From an uncultured Planctomycetaceae bacterium (GTDB lineage Bacteria > Planctomycetota > Planctomycetia > Planctomycetales > Planctomycetaceae), in contig CAXBME010000037.1 of the NCBI GenBank assembly GCA_963976765.1, positions 1 through 64,000 on the forward strand: a stretch of DNA of 64,000 bases, given 5' to 3'. Shown here piece after piece: positions 37,201 through 46,354 of this stretch. Position 1 is the stretch's first letter. The number at the start of each line of letters is the position of its first letter. The notes beneath the pieces were generated by a model that was not told the origin of the DNA, made no database searches, and saw only the letters and a program-made list of their open reading frames with translations. A program made the position numbers and the translations under genes.

Positions 37201-37892
37201 GCCGTGTCGGGAGCAAGATCGACTGGTATTTCTGCCAGACGCTGGACATTCTCGTCGTTGTCGTTTCGGAGCCCTACACTTCTCTGAATGGCTCTGTGTC
37301 CATCAAGACTGATCGAGTTGTTACGGCCAGCGCCAGCAATACTTGCCCCCGACCCACAGGAGTCCATGACGAGAATCAAGTTGTGCGGGGTGAGTCTGGC
37401 TTCGTTCAGCCAGTCCTTTACATCACGAAGTGTAAATACCCCGTCGAGTCCCGGGCCGAATTCTGATTCGTTGTAGCCGTTGTAGCCAGTGAATTCTGTA
37501 GTAAAAAAGGCGGCCTGAGCACGTTCACCGCAGGACAGCGGAGCGCCATGCCCGCTGAATGTCACCAGCAGCACTCCCGATTCGCTGAGACCAACTGCGG
37601 CGTTGAGGATGGCGGTTTTGATTGCCTCGACTGTGGCGTCCTTGTTGACCAGAAGAACACTTGATGAATTCGTTCTCCGGGAATTGAACAGCGCATGCAC
37701 GGCTTCCGCGTCATTCGCCGCGCACGACAACGTGGTGACTTCCGATGCCGACGGATACGAATCGATGCCGACGGCAACTACGGAAAGGTCGTGACTGGCG
37801 GCACCATGGTTGTTTTTTGGCTGAGTTTCTGGGGGAGTGACGTCGCGAGGGTTGAGCTGCGTCATGACCAAAGGCTCCTTCCTGACTTCCAT
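34212..37892 (-). CDS. Caspase-like C14 protease fused to a degenerate STAND-like/winged-helix region and TPR-like C-terminus
   Basis: VGIDSY..AANDA, FSGHG (His), MDSCGSG (Cys); Walker-A-like position degenerate (VPRFYGTRALL); MHD-like FVHSLVRE; helical repeats. Confidence 0.8.
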   Translation of the reverse strand: MEVRKEPLVMTQLNPRDVTPPETQPKNNHGAASHDLSVVAVGIDSYPSASEVTTLSCAANDAEAVHALFNSRRTNSSSVLLVNKDATVEAIKTAILNAAVGLSESGVLLVTFSGHGAPLSCGERAQAAFFTTEFTGYNGYNESEFGPGLDGVFTLRDVKDWLNEARLTPHNLILVMDSCGSGASIAGAGRNNSISLDGHRAIQRSVGLRNDNDENVQRLAEIPVDLAPDTAPWPSGSCVVAMSAATAGGAAYEIPEVGHGVLSLLALEWFNLKFLSTPDGSEDVGRDLYEYVTSKISRLRDANGPMGQALQEPDRATHRTVAVQHNGWIVRAPVAHNLLAIGRGMPVPKPYGDDSTPEGRGFLEQFERNAESIAGRVGGAGSDKVGDTNFVVSVPRFYGTRALLQRVSTRLTQAAGVSHPVLYLGLGRIRKVLPLIGSLESAFDMLPGRQTNVAAGQPIIGTPSEALIDNFVERLSSNRACVIAPFRDQEADPLMKYFLRRCSQENQITLLVALYAGEPIPEWISQVHYQRLQIDNPRGAVEARFNQLETGGDVNRIPSDYLNSTVLHWLEKLRERQPNVDVWRDEFSGFALPYYQSGNSVRAVLNALECLLPTVGQESADALELLKAISVVSLPRSARLVESLWKGVTMAGRVGPVPENEKEIRERMDAALDFLLGWRLIRESENVSEDCPRHFFVHSLVREAAREHELRQKVPVSPRWPAFWSQIGGQAYAASLDDRTSQHWWPRPILAHEAIRHLLEADDDVHACRTLLKHWRELVDAGYHETMLDWSQRLYTGIVSTGLKEQAERESLQLVIPLLVNQQTLRKHRQEWYAIQGLHVEVEQRIEEFRALTVERTAEDRPELTDDIEKFWMESRQNLANYNFVIKNFDKARSGYEECYAWAVKNNATSMECSNQIRLASCDVLTGRFDSADERMSEIDDRLKQFETTDPAICIRQSRHLRSVRIESARIRERCEELYELSLEAWTQALRSYGISGGQERFDLAIANVHMAWACLSRGEFLRAWRHSLQSRRLLNDRGIAELWWYGETERIAALAIAYMFREPPEVKGYSPWFDTAPGSPRSAMFQFSETVLGEQRRVLEELIKVSRPKNPWRAAELMNALGQFVRYAIRDTEEGQAWLREALKLARLKQHHFLEIRSLEAIGVEALYRGETATADIWFKECLKEACGYGLDDGQGRYSKNQKAVATLAKQKQIPTNTRPEPNVE

Positions 37893-38059
37893 GATGGTCT
37901 GTAATTTCGAACGTCCGACATAAATCCGGACTGACGAAGTAGTGTCTGGACACCGTCGATTTACGTGCCAGTTGCCAAAACGTACAGTTAACCGCCACGA
38001 ATAGTCAACTGTCTCGACGGTTGTCGGACTACCGTCTGTTTCGGGTGAGGAGATACTCT

Positions 38060-40150
38060 GTGATGACCGCTTCGATTCTCAACATGCGGGCACTTCTGAT
38101 TGGCGTTGATTTCTATCTCCCGAACATGCTGCCGGACGGTAACTCTTACGGGAGTCTGTCCGGCTGTGTGCGGGATGTCGATCTCGTGCAAACGTTTCTG
38201 ACGGGGCGACTGGGAGTCAACGATCAGCGAATCCAGCGGCTCACTGCGAAAAACAATGGCACCAGCAAGCTTGCTGGAGCGCCGGAGTCGTGGCCGACTT
38301 ACGAAAATATGGTTGCTGCGATTCAGCAGCTAACTGACGAGTCAGAACCCGGAGAGATCGTCCACATTCACTATTCCGGTCATGGCGGACGCACTCCTAC
38401 GCTGGTACCGGATCAGAAAGGCAAGAGTGCTCTGGACGAAGCGATGGTTCCGCCGGACATTGGTGATTCGACCTCGCGGTATCTGCGTGACATCGAATTG
38501 GCCGTCCTGCTTAAACGCATGGTCAACAAGGGACTGATCGTGTCGGTCGTGCTGGACTGCTGTCACTCGGGCGGAATGACTCGCGGTCCGGCCGATGTTG
38601 CGGTGCGCGGTATTTCCAGTATTGATACGACAGCCCGCCCCCCTGGGAGTCTGGTCGGCACTGTTACGGAACTGGGTGACACGTGGTTGCAACCCAGCAG
38701 CGAGAATTCCCGCGCGGTAACGACCGTGCACAGCTGGCTGCCGGCACCGCAGGGATATGTTCTGCTTTCGGCGTGCCGGTCCGTCGAGCTGGCTCATGAA
38801 TCAAGCTATGACGGGAAAGAGCGAAACGGTGCATTGACCTGGTGGCTATTCGATTCCCTTCACGAGTTCTCCGGTGGAGTCACCTGGAAACAGCTTCACG
38901 ATCGTGTGCTGCCGAAAGTTCACTCGGACTTTCAAAGCCAGACGCCGCAGCTTCAGGGCGAAGGCGATCGTTTCTTCCTTGGGGCCGAACGTGGCGTTGC
39001 GCAGCACGCCGTGCCCGTGCTGACGGTCGGTTCCAACGGTAAGAACATTCAAATGAATGCGGGACAGTCGCACGGTATCCGTCGCGGAGCTGTCTTTGCC
39101 GTGTATCCACACGGGACAGCGACGCTTTCAGACGAGTCCGCCCGGCTGGCGATTGTAGAGGTTCGCGAAGTCGAGGCCGTTCACTCGTGGGCAGACGTCA
39201 CAGAATCGTTCAGCGGGCAACCGGTTGAAGCTGGTGCGCAGGCCGTAATGATCGATCCCGGAAGAAAGCGAGTCAGGGGAGTTGCTCTCGTTCGCAATGA
39301 AAATCTGCCACCGGACATCAATCAGGACGAAGCATTGTCGAGGCTGAAATCGATGCTTTCAGGCAGCCGGTGGGTTGATGTCACGGTCGACTCACACAAG
39401 ATCGACTTCCAGGTCGCCCTCGCAGAGTCGTCTGAGTTCGACATCCGGGATCGTGCCGGCCTCCCGATCCGCCATCTCGGTCCTGCCCTGAAGATCGACG
39501 ATCAGCGTTCAGCAAAAACAGTCGCAGAACGATTGACTCATCTGGCGAAGCATCACTCGGTGGTGCAGCTGGACAATCAGGATGCAACGTCACGGCTTAA
39601 CGGGAAGCTCCTGGTTGAGCTGGTCGGTCGAAGCAGTGACTTTGAAGCTGGTGAGCCGTTTGAGCCAGAACCCTTTGACGACCGCGGGCACAGTCCGGTG
39701 CTGACTGTGGGCGAATGGACTGCAGTGCGCATCCGGAACGATTCGACATCGGCCCTCAACGTGACCGTATTCGACCTGCAGCCTGGCTGGGGCATCCAGC
39801 AGATCGACCCGTGGGATCCGGTCGACTGCTTCGTGACGATGGACCCCGGCGAAGAACGCGTGCTGCCGTTGGAAGCCGGACTGCCAGAGGGCATGAACGA
39901 GGGCACGGACATAATCAAGGTGTTCGCGACGATAGAACCAACGAACTTTCGCTGGCTGCAACTGCCATCGCTTTTCGGGCTGGACAATCGCAATTCCGTT
40001 CCACGCGGCGCGCCGGCGAATCCTCTTGAAGAATTCCTGCAGGCCATGATGGCCGACGCTCCGACGACACGGCACGCAATACCACCGTCAACAGGCAACT
40101 GGACGACGACGCAGGTCGAACTCACTGTCAGACGAAGGTTCCCTTCCTGA
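38060..40150 (+). CDS. Caspase-like C14 (metacaspase/orthocaspase-type) protease with C-terminal beta domain
   Basis: ALLIGVDFY..LSGCVRDV, HYSGHGG, VLDCCHSGG, LSACRS, QTPQLQG; GAGGAG RBS before GTG 38060. Confidence 0.9.
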   Translation: MMTASILNMRALLIGVDFYLPNMLPDGNSYGSLSGCVRDVDLVQTFLTGRLGVNDQRIQRLTAKNNGTSKLAGAPESWPTYENMVAAIQQLTDESEPGEIVHIHYSGHGGRTPTLVPDQKGKSALDEAMVPPDIGDSTSRYLRDIELAVLLKRMVNKGLIVSVVLDCCHSGGMTRGPADVAVRGISSIDTTARPPGSLVGTVTELGDTWLQPSSENSRAVTTVHSWLPAPQGYVLLSACRSVELAHESSYDGKERNGALTWWLFDSLHEFSGGVTWKQLHDRVLPKVHSDFQSQTPQLQGEGDRFFLGAERGVAQHAVPVLTVGSNGKNIQMNAGQSHGIRRGAVFAVYPHGTATLSDESARLAIVEVREVEAVHSWADVTESFSGQPVEAGAQAVMIDPGRKRVRGVALVRNENLPPDINQDEALSRLKSMLSGSRWVDVTVDSHKIDFQVALAESSEFDIRDRAGLPIRHLGPALKIDDQRSAKTVAERLTHLAKHHSVVQLDNQDATSRLNGKLLVELVGRSSDFEAGEPFEPEPFDDRGHSPVLTVGEWTAVRIRNDSTSALNVTVFDLQPGWGIQQIDPWDPVDCFVTMDPGEERVLPLEAGLPEGMNEGTDIIKVFATIEPTNFRWLQLPSLFGLDNRNSVPRGAPANPLEEFLQAMMADAPTTRHAIPPSTGNWTTTQVELTVRRRFPS

Positions 40151-40157
40151 TTATCCG

Positions 40158-43100
40158 TCAGAAGCCCCATCCCGTCACGGTAAACGCAGCCCAGTGTTCG
40201 GGCAACGAGAACACATGCACGTCATCGGGCCAACTCTTGAAGTACTCGGCCTTGAGGCGACACTTTCGGACGAGTTCTTCATCGTCAACGTTCTCCAGAA
40301 GCTCGGGAACGATCACGTCGCGCAACTCTCCTGCCGTGACTTCCTCGCGAAGCCATCCTTGCGCTGTTCGTAGCGCACCGGCAGTAGCGGCCCCCTCGCG
40401 GCGCAGGTGATGGAAACGCCACATGAGCAAAGCACTCGACAGATCGGAGATCGGCCATAGCGTGTTGACCACACAACGTGCGCCCGCATACAGCAGCCCT
40501 GCGGGAAGCCCCGTGTATTCATCGACCTGGCTGGGTTGGACAAGTCCGCTTTCACAACCATTGATGATGGCCAGCTCGCAGAACTTCAGTTCCAAGGAAT
40601 CGAGAATGTCTGTGAGCGTGACCCATTCGGTGGGATCATCAGCATCCTGCAGGATCAGTGCCGAGCGATCCGGGTGATCGAGATTGAACGTTGCATGGCC
40701 GGCATAGTGGAAGACACGGCAATCGTGCCGGCGCAGCAGTTCGTGCCGAGTGACCTGTTTGCCGCTCAGATGCTTCTTCGTCGGAAAGAGTGCGGCCGTT
40801 GCCGCACATTCCAGACTCGCGAACGGCAGGTCTCGCGTTGGATCGTCGATCAGAAGGAGAGATTCGTGGTCGATGGAATCCGTCGCAGTTTCACCCTCAT
40901 CTGGACTCGTCGCTCTGAAGCGACACTGGTCAAGAATGCTGAGCGACGGCGTAACGACGACATCCAGTACATCTCCCAGCCAGCTTCCGTTCGGCAGACG
41001 ACAGGCCTGCAGCGGCAGCAGATGCAGCACGCGATGAGGCAGGACTATCAGTCGGCGAATTGAAGTTCCCTGGTTTGAGTCCGCCTTCGCATCGGCTGAC
41101 GCGTCGACGGGCTCGCCCCATTCGACTCCGCGATCCTGCATCGCCTGCAGTACTGGACGCATCAATGTCTGAGAGACGTCATCCAGCAGATCGTACCAGC
41201 TCCGTCCAGACGTAGCAGGCGCCGGCCTCAGATGACGCTGCGAATCGACCGAGACCCGGTTCGGAAGCCTGGCGACCCACTCCGCAGCAAAGCGATGCGC
41301 TTCCTCATCGTTCCAGCCTTGAAGCTCAACAGCAAAGTGGAGATTCCGGCACAGCACGATGGCCCTGCCCGACTCGGCGGTCAGAATAAACTGAACGATC
41401 GCCGTGTTCGGTTCGTCGTTGACGAGCAACCAAATTCGATCAAAACGCGACGGACTCACCGGCTGATCGGGATCAAACTGCGGAGCCGAGCGTCTCACGA
41501 CCTGCGTAACGGCATCACGACGTTCCAATGCTGCCTGCACGGCCGCATGGAGACTGTCTTCCGCGGCCCGTGATTCGGTCGGTGGAGTACTCTCACGCGA
41601 GCCATTTGCGCCGACTTCATCCTCGGGGAAATCCAGTGACGTCTGCACTTCGAACAGTCGATTTCGGCGTTCGGCTGCCCAGTTCATGAGCGTCTGACGG
41701 GCATCTCGAACTGAACGGTCCGCGTGCAGAAACTGTTGCCAGATTTCTGATGGGACCGAAACGGGACGTCTCACGCGACCGATCAGCTCGTTGAGGTTTC
41801 TGGCGCGAGCGGCGTCAGCCACCTCCATGGCTTCGTGCAGCCACTCTGGGTTACCGTCGAGTTGCCAGCGATCGAGACAGGTAAGAACAAGCTGTTCGTA
41901 AACCTCAACCGCTTCGAGCTGAACGCGTCGTTTCTGCTGAGAACTCTGGAAGCTGCCGCGAAAGGATTCAGCGTGATCACGGGCAGTTCGTAGTGCCCGC
42001 CGCGCCGAGCAGAGTTCATCCGACACATCCAGGCTCTTATCAACTGATGATTTTGTCGTGTCTGCGTTGTCGAACTGCCTCACGGCGCGGCGTCGACGCA
42101 GTCGTCCGAGATTCGACCAACAGATCAGACGCTGCTCGGCCAGGCTCACCGTCAACGTCAGTTCGTCTGATTCCAGAATCGCTGCCGCGGCTTCATAGAG
42201 CCGGAGGCTTTCGCCTTCGTCAACGACTGCTCCAAAGTTGAGCATCGCTCTGGCCAGCTCAGGCTTGAACAGTTCCGGCTGTCCGGCTGCGAGTTCCTGA
42301 TAAATCCCGAGAGACTCTTCAAAGTGTGACCGGGCGACGGTGGACTGCCCGGCATCAAACTCGACGGCGCCGACGTCACTCAACGTGCGAGCCAGAAGTG
42401 GCTGATAGACTTTCGGGGCTTCCCGGGCAAAACGCCGATAAAGCTCGACACTTTCGCGCAGGTAGCCTCGAGCCAGGTCGTACCCGTTCGGCCCCTGGCT
42501 ACTGCAGACCATGCCGAGGCTGTTCAGCCCCGCGGCCAGCAGAGGCCCGTACGACTCCGGCCGGAGCAGAGTGAGCTGACGTCGGACCTGCACAGCCTGC
42601 TCGAAACAAGATCGGGCCGCAGGCAGGTCGCGAAGGTCGTGCGACACCTGCCCGACGTTCATGAGTGCAGAACTCAATCGACGGGCAACTGGTTCAGAAA
42701 TAGAGTCACCGCCGTCTCTGGCTTCCTGACTCCGAGCCGCAAGCACTGTCTCGAAGCTTTGGCGAGCCACTTCAAACTCGCCGAGTGCCCGCTGAACGGC
42801 ACCCAGATTGTTGACTGCTCGCAGCCACTCCGCATGAAACCGGCTGGGCGTCTTTTTGGCCAGCGGTTCCAGCCTGTCGATGGCAGCGACGAGATGCCCG
42901 CGGGCGTCAGCCCAGCGGTTCACGGTCCACAGTACCGCACCGAGATTGGCCTCAACCATAGCCACGTCCGCAGTGAACTTACCGACGGCACTATTGGAAA
43001 GCATCTGATAGATCGCCAGTGCCTCACCGTAACGAGCGAGCGACTCAGGATATCGCCCTTGCCGCATCTGCAAGGTACCAAGATTATTCAACAGAGCGGC

Positions 43101-43550
43101 GAGCTGCTCACTCGCTCGCCCGGGGACTTCCTGTTCAGCCTTGCGAAAGACAGGCTCAGCCTCGTCGTAACACTCGACCGCGGCTTCCCACGCACGCCGC
43201 TCACGATAGACCGCTCCCAGATTGGACAAAGCGACGGCACGTGAAATTTGATATTGAGGAGTATGTTTTTCATGCTTCCGGAACAGCTCGATTGCCCTGA
43301 CGTTGCTGAGAATTGCCGCCTCGGCATCACCCAGATCACTCTTCACAATGCCGAGGTTCACCAAGACGGATGCGACAGCCGGCTCGTATCGGTCACGATC
43401 GTAGGCCGCCAGAACTTCGCGGACCTTCAGTGACTCCTCGTAGCAGCGGGCAGCAGCCGGCAGGTCCCCGGCGTCGGCCAGCTGGTGCCCCTGCAGGTTC
43501 AGCTTCTCTGCCGCGTCAATCAGGTCGCCGACATTCGCATCCGGGCCCAT
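40158..43550 (-). CDS. TPR-CHAT protease
   Basis: About 10 long TPRs (LAALLNNLG..); PHRVLHLLP, FHYAGHA (His), INGCESG (Cys), TLWPISD, HWAAFTVTG. Confidence 0.92.
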   Translation of the reverse strand: MGPDANVGDLIDAAEKLNLQGHQLADAGDLPAAARCYEESLKVREVLAAYDRDRYEPAVASVLVNLGIVKSDLGDAEAAILSNVRAIELFRKHEKHTPQYQISRAVALSNLGAVYRERRAWEAAVECYDEAEPVFRKAEQEVPGRASEQLAALLNNLGTLQMRQGRYPESLARYGEALAIYQMLSNSAVGKFTADVAMVEANLGAVLWTVNRWADARGHLVAAIDRLEPLAKKTPSRFHAEWLRAVNNLGAVQRALGEFEVARQSFETVLAARSQEARDGGDSISEPVARRLSSALMNVGQVSHDLRDLPAARSCFEQAVQVRRQLTLLRPESYGPLLAAGLNSLGMVCSSQGPNGYDLARGYLRESVELYRRFAREAPKVYQPLLARTLSDVGAVEFDAGQSTVARSHFEESLGIYQELAAGQPELFKPELARAMLNFGAVVDEGESLRLYEAAAAILESDELTLTVSLAEQRLICWSNLGRLRRRRAVRQFDNADTTKSSVDKSLDVSDELCSARRALRTARDHAESFRGSFQSSQQKRRVQLEAVEVYEQLVLTCLDRWQLDGNPEWLHEAMEVADAARARNLNELIGRVRRPVSVPSEIWQQFLHADRSVRDARQTLMNWAAERRNRLFEVQTSLDFPEDEVGANGSRESTPPTESRAAEDSLHAAVQAALERRDAVTQVVRRSAPQFDPDQPVSPSRFDRIWLLVNDEPNTAIVQFILTAESGRAIVLCRNLHFAVELQGWNDEEAHRFAAEWVARLPNRVSVDSQRHLRPAPATSGRSWYDLLDDVSQTLMRPVLQAMQDRGVEWGEPVDASADAKADSNQGTSIRRLIVLPHRVLHLLPLQACRLPNGSWLGDVLDVVVTPSLSILDQCRFRATSPDEGETATDSIDHESLLLIDDPTRDLPFASLECAATAALFPTKKHLSGKQVTRHELLRRHDCRVFHYAGHATFNLDHPDRSALILQDADDPTEWVTLTDILDSLELKFCELAIINGCESGLVQPSQVDEYTGLPAGLLYAGARCVVNTLWPISDLSSALLMWRFHHLRREGAATAGALRTAQGWLREEVTAGELRDVIVPELLENVDDEELVRKCRLKAEYFKSWPDDVHVFSLPEHWAAFTVTGWGF

Positions 43551-43706
43551 CTACTTTTCCTCGGCAAGTCATTGAAGGCGTGTCACGGTCAATCGTGTAT
43601 ACTGTCAAAGTAGGAAGCTTACGTCACAGTGCAACTGAAACGACCTGCCGGCTGTCAATCTAGAGTTCCATGTCTGGCGAACAAGTTCAACGCGTCTTCT
43701 GACTGG

Positions 43707-45188
43707 ATGAGTTTTGTGACAGAACAGGAAACACAGTCAGACAGGTTGGAAGAACTGAGAGCCTCGCTCGACGAAGCCAGAACGGCCGGCAATCTCGGAA
43801 CTGAGGGCGAACTGCTCAACAGTCTCGGGCTGGCTCTGAAGAATGCCGGGCGCTTTGACGAAGCCGAATTGGCATTTCTCGAATCGCTGGAAGTGGTTGA
43901 TCGTTTTCTGGACGCTCTGCACCGTGTCCGCGCTCAAGTCAGTTCCAACCTCGGGTTGCTCGCGCGGGACCGGGGCGAACTGGACGAGGCAGTCCGGTTC
44001 TACTCGCAGGCTCAGCGCGAGTACGAAACGATTGAAGATCTCGCCGGAGCCGCCGGAATGCTCGTCGAAGTCGGCATCGTGCATAAAGACGCCAGCCGGC
44101 TGTCTGAGGCGCAGGCGTGCCTGCAGCAGGGACTGGCCGGACTTTCTGAAGAGGATCAGCCGACACGCTTTGCGGCGGCGTTGGTTGGCTTGGGGCTCGT
44201 CCATGAACGGCGACATGAGTATCATCAGGCTCGCGCATACTACGACCGGGCACTGCCTGTTTATCAGCAGACGGGCGATGCCGCGAACGAAGCAGTCGTG
44301 TTGTTTAACCTCGGCATGCTCTGCGACCTGCAGAAGCAGTTTCCTGAGGCGATGGAGCATTTCGAACGGTCACTGAAAGTTTCTGAGCAGCAACAGGACC
44401 GCATGGGCATCGTTCATGCCCGCAGCGCCATCGCGTCTGTCCTGATGGCAGGCGGTGAGTCTGAAGCGGCCAGACCGATGCTGGAACAGGCCTGTCGTGA
44501 GGCTCGCGAAATGGGTTACCGCAGGGCTGAACTCGACGCTGCTCACGACCTTGCACTGCTGGACCGGGATGAGGGCAATCTCGACGAGGCTGCCGAACGA
44601 TTGCTTGAATGTCAGCGGCTGGCTGAGAAAATCGGCGATCCGCAGGAAGTCAATAAGGCCGCCTTTGATCGCGGTGACGTGCTGCTGACGGCAGGCCGAT
44701 ATGAGGAAGCTGCCAAAAGCTACGAACGCGCTGCCGAGGCTGTCGACGGGCTACGCACTCTGCTGAGGTCTGAAGAAGAGTCGCTCAACGTTTTCGATGA
44801 AGCTGGACTGGAAGCTTACGACCGCATCGTACGGCTGAAGGCGACGCTGTTGAAATCGCCGACCGAGGCACTCGCGTGGAGTGAGCATTCACGAAGTCGT
44901 GAGTTTCTCCGTCAGCTTCGGTGGAAAGATTTGCCTTTGCCACTGACCGTCGATCATGAAGTCGCGTTACAGGAAGAGAATCTGCTCGCCGCAGCCCGGC
45001 GTGCTCAGAGTCGATGGGAATCAGCTTCGGACGAAGAACGGCTGAATGCACTGCGCGAACTCGAAGCCGTTGAGCAGCAACTCGCCGATGTGTGGATGCA
45101 AATGACAGAAACCACTCCTGAATATGCGGCAATCCGTCGAGCCGACGTCTTGACTTGGCCGGAACTCTTGAACTTTCTGCGGAGCTGA
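43707..45188 (+). CDS. TPR protein, N-terminal half of a split TPR-CHAT
   Basis: 40-aa TPRs; ALAWSEHSRSREFL followed by coiled coil and PEYAAIRR..LTWPEL, then stop. Confidence 0.85.
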   Translation: MSFVTEQETQSDRLEELRASLDEARTAGNLGTEGELLNSLGLALKNAGRFDEAELAFLESLEVVDRFLDALHRVRAQVSSNLGLLARDRGELDEAVRFYSQAQREYETIEDLAGAAGMLVEVGIVHKDASRLSEAQACLQQGLAGLSEEDQPTRFAAALVGLGLVHERRHEYHQARAYYDRALPVYQQTGDAANEAVVLFNLGMLCDLQKQFPEAMEHFERSLKVSEQQQDRMGIVHARSAIASVLMAGGESEAARPMLEQACREAREMGYRRAELDAAHDLALLDRDEGNLDEAAERLLECQRLAEKIGDPQEVNKAAFDRGDVLLTAGRYEEAAKSYERAAEAVDGLRTLLRSEEESLNVFDEAGLEAYDRIVRLKATLLKSPTEALAWSEHSRSREFLRQLRWKDLPLPLTVDHEVALQEENLLAAARRAQSRWESASDEERLNALRELEAVEQQLADVWMQMTETTPEYAAIRRADVLTWPELLNFLRS

Positions 45189-45193
45189 CTGCG

Positions 45194-46339
45194 ATGCCTG
45201 GAAACCGCGTCGTGCTCGCTGAATACTTCACATCCGAGGATGTCACCCTGCTCTTTGTAGTGCGGGACGACTTTACCAGGCCGGAAGTCGTGCAGCTGGA
45301 AATATCTCTGCTGGAGCTGCGCGAATGCATCGCTGTGGAATTCGGCCGCGCTGACACGATCCAACGGCAGCCCGACCGCGGGGCCGCGAGATGGAACGAA
45401 CTCGTCGCGCCGCTGGTGAAGCCGATTCTGCAATGGGCGGACCGTGGAGACACGATCTGGTTCGTCCCGCACGACATCCTGCATGCCGTGCCGCTACAGG
45501 CGGTCTGGATCGATGGAGAGTACCTGATTGAACGCAATCCCGTGTGCTGCTCGCCGAGCGCGTCCGTGATGAAGTTCTGCCAGACCAAACGCAGCCCGGC
45601 GACCGGACGTGCAATCGTCTTCGGAGATTCGACCGGCGACCTTTGTCACGCGCGGGCTGAAGCATACGCAGTCGCCAAACTCTTCGGATGTTCTGCAACC
45701 ACGAGTTCACAGGCAACAAAGTCGCGGCTGCTTCGGGAGCTAAGTTCCTGCGAAGGCGGAATTGACGTCCTGCACCTGGCATGTCATGGAAGACTCGACC
45801 GCGACCGACCAATGGAATCGGGCATCGTGCTGGCTCCGGAGAACTCCTCGGTGGATTGCACTGCAAGTTTACGGTTGACGGCCGCGGAGATACTTCAGCT
45901 CGAATTGAATGTCGGGCTGGTCACCCTCAGTGCGTGCGACAGTGGCGTGAATACTCGACGTCCGGGTGACGAATTGCTCGGTTTGACACGATCGTTGATC
46001 TACGCCGGTTCGCCATCAGTCCTCGTCAGCCTGTGGGCTGTAGACGACCTCTCGACGCGAATTTTGATGGAGCATTTTTACGCTGCTCGTTACCGCGTGC
46101 CGGATGAAGCGGGTTCAAAACCGACAAAAGCGGAAGCGTTGCAGATTGCTGTCACACGAGTCATGAAGCTGACCAGCAGCGAACTGCGGCAGTCGCCAGT
46201 GGTACTCACTCCTCGCGACCTCACACCACCTGGACGTCCCGACAAACCTCACACATCCCCCTGGTTCGCTCCGGATGAATGCCCATTCGCTCATCCGTAC
46301 TACTGGAGTGCCTTCTCGCTGGTCGGGGACTGGCGATGA
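45194..46339 (+). CDS. Stand-alone CHAT protease
   Basis: GGAG then ATG 45194; VLAEYF, VPHDILHAVP, LHLACHG (His), LSACDSG (Cys), SLWAVDD, HPYYWSAF. Confidence 0.9.
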   Translation: MPGNRVVLAEYFTSEDVTLLFVVRDDFTRPEVVQLEISLLELRECIAVEFGRADTIQRQPDRGAARWNELVAPLVKPILQWADRGDTIWFVPHDILHAVPLQAVWIDGEYLIERNPVCCSPSASVMKFCQTKRSPATGRAIVFGDSTGDLCHARAEAYAVAKLFGCSATTSSQATKSRLLRELSSCEGGIDVLHLACHGRLDRDRPMESGIVLAPENSSVDCTASLRLTAAEILQLELNVGLVTLSACDSGVNTRRPGDELLGLTRSLIYAGSPSVLVSLWAVDDLSTRILMEHFYAARYRVPDEAGSKPTKAEALQIAVTRVMKLTSSELRQSPVVLTPRDLTPPGRPDKPHTSPWFAPDECPFAHPYYWSAFSLVGDWR

Positions 46340-46354
46340 GATGGGTGCCCTCGG

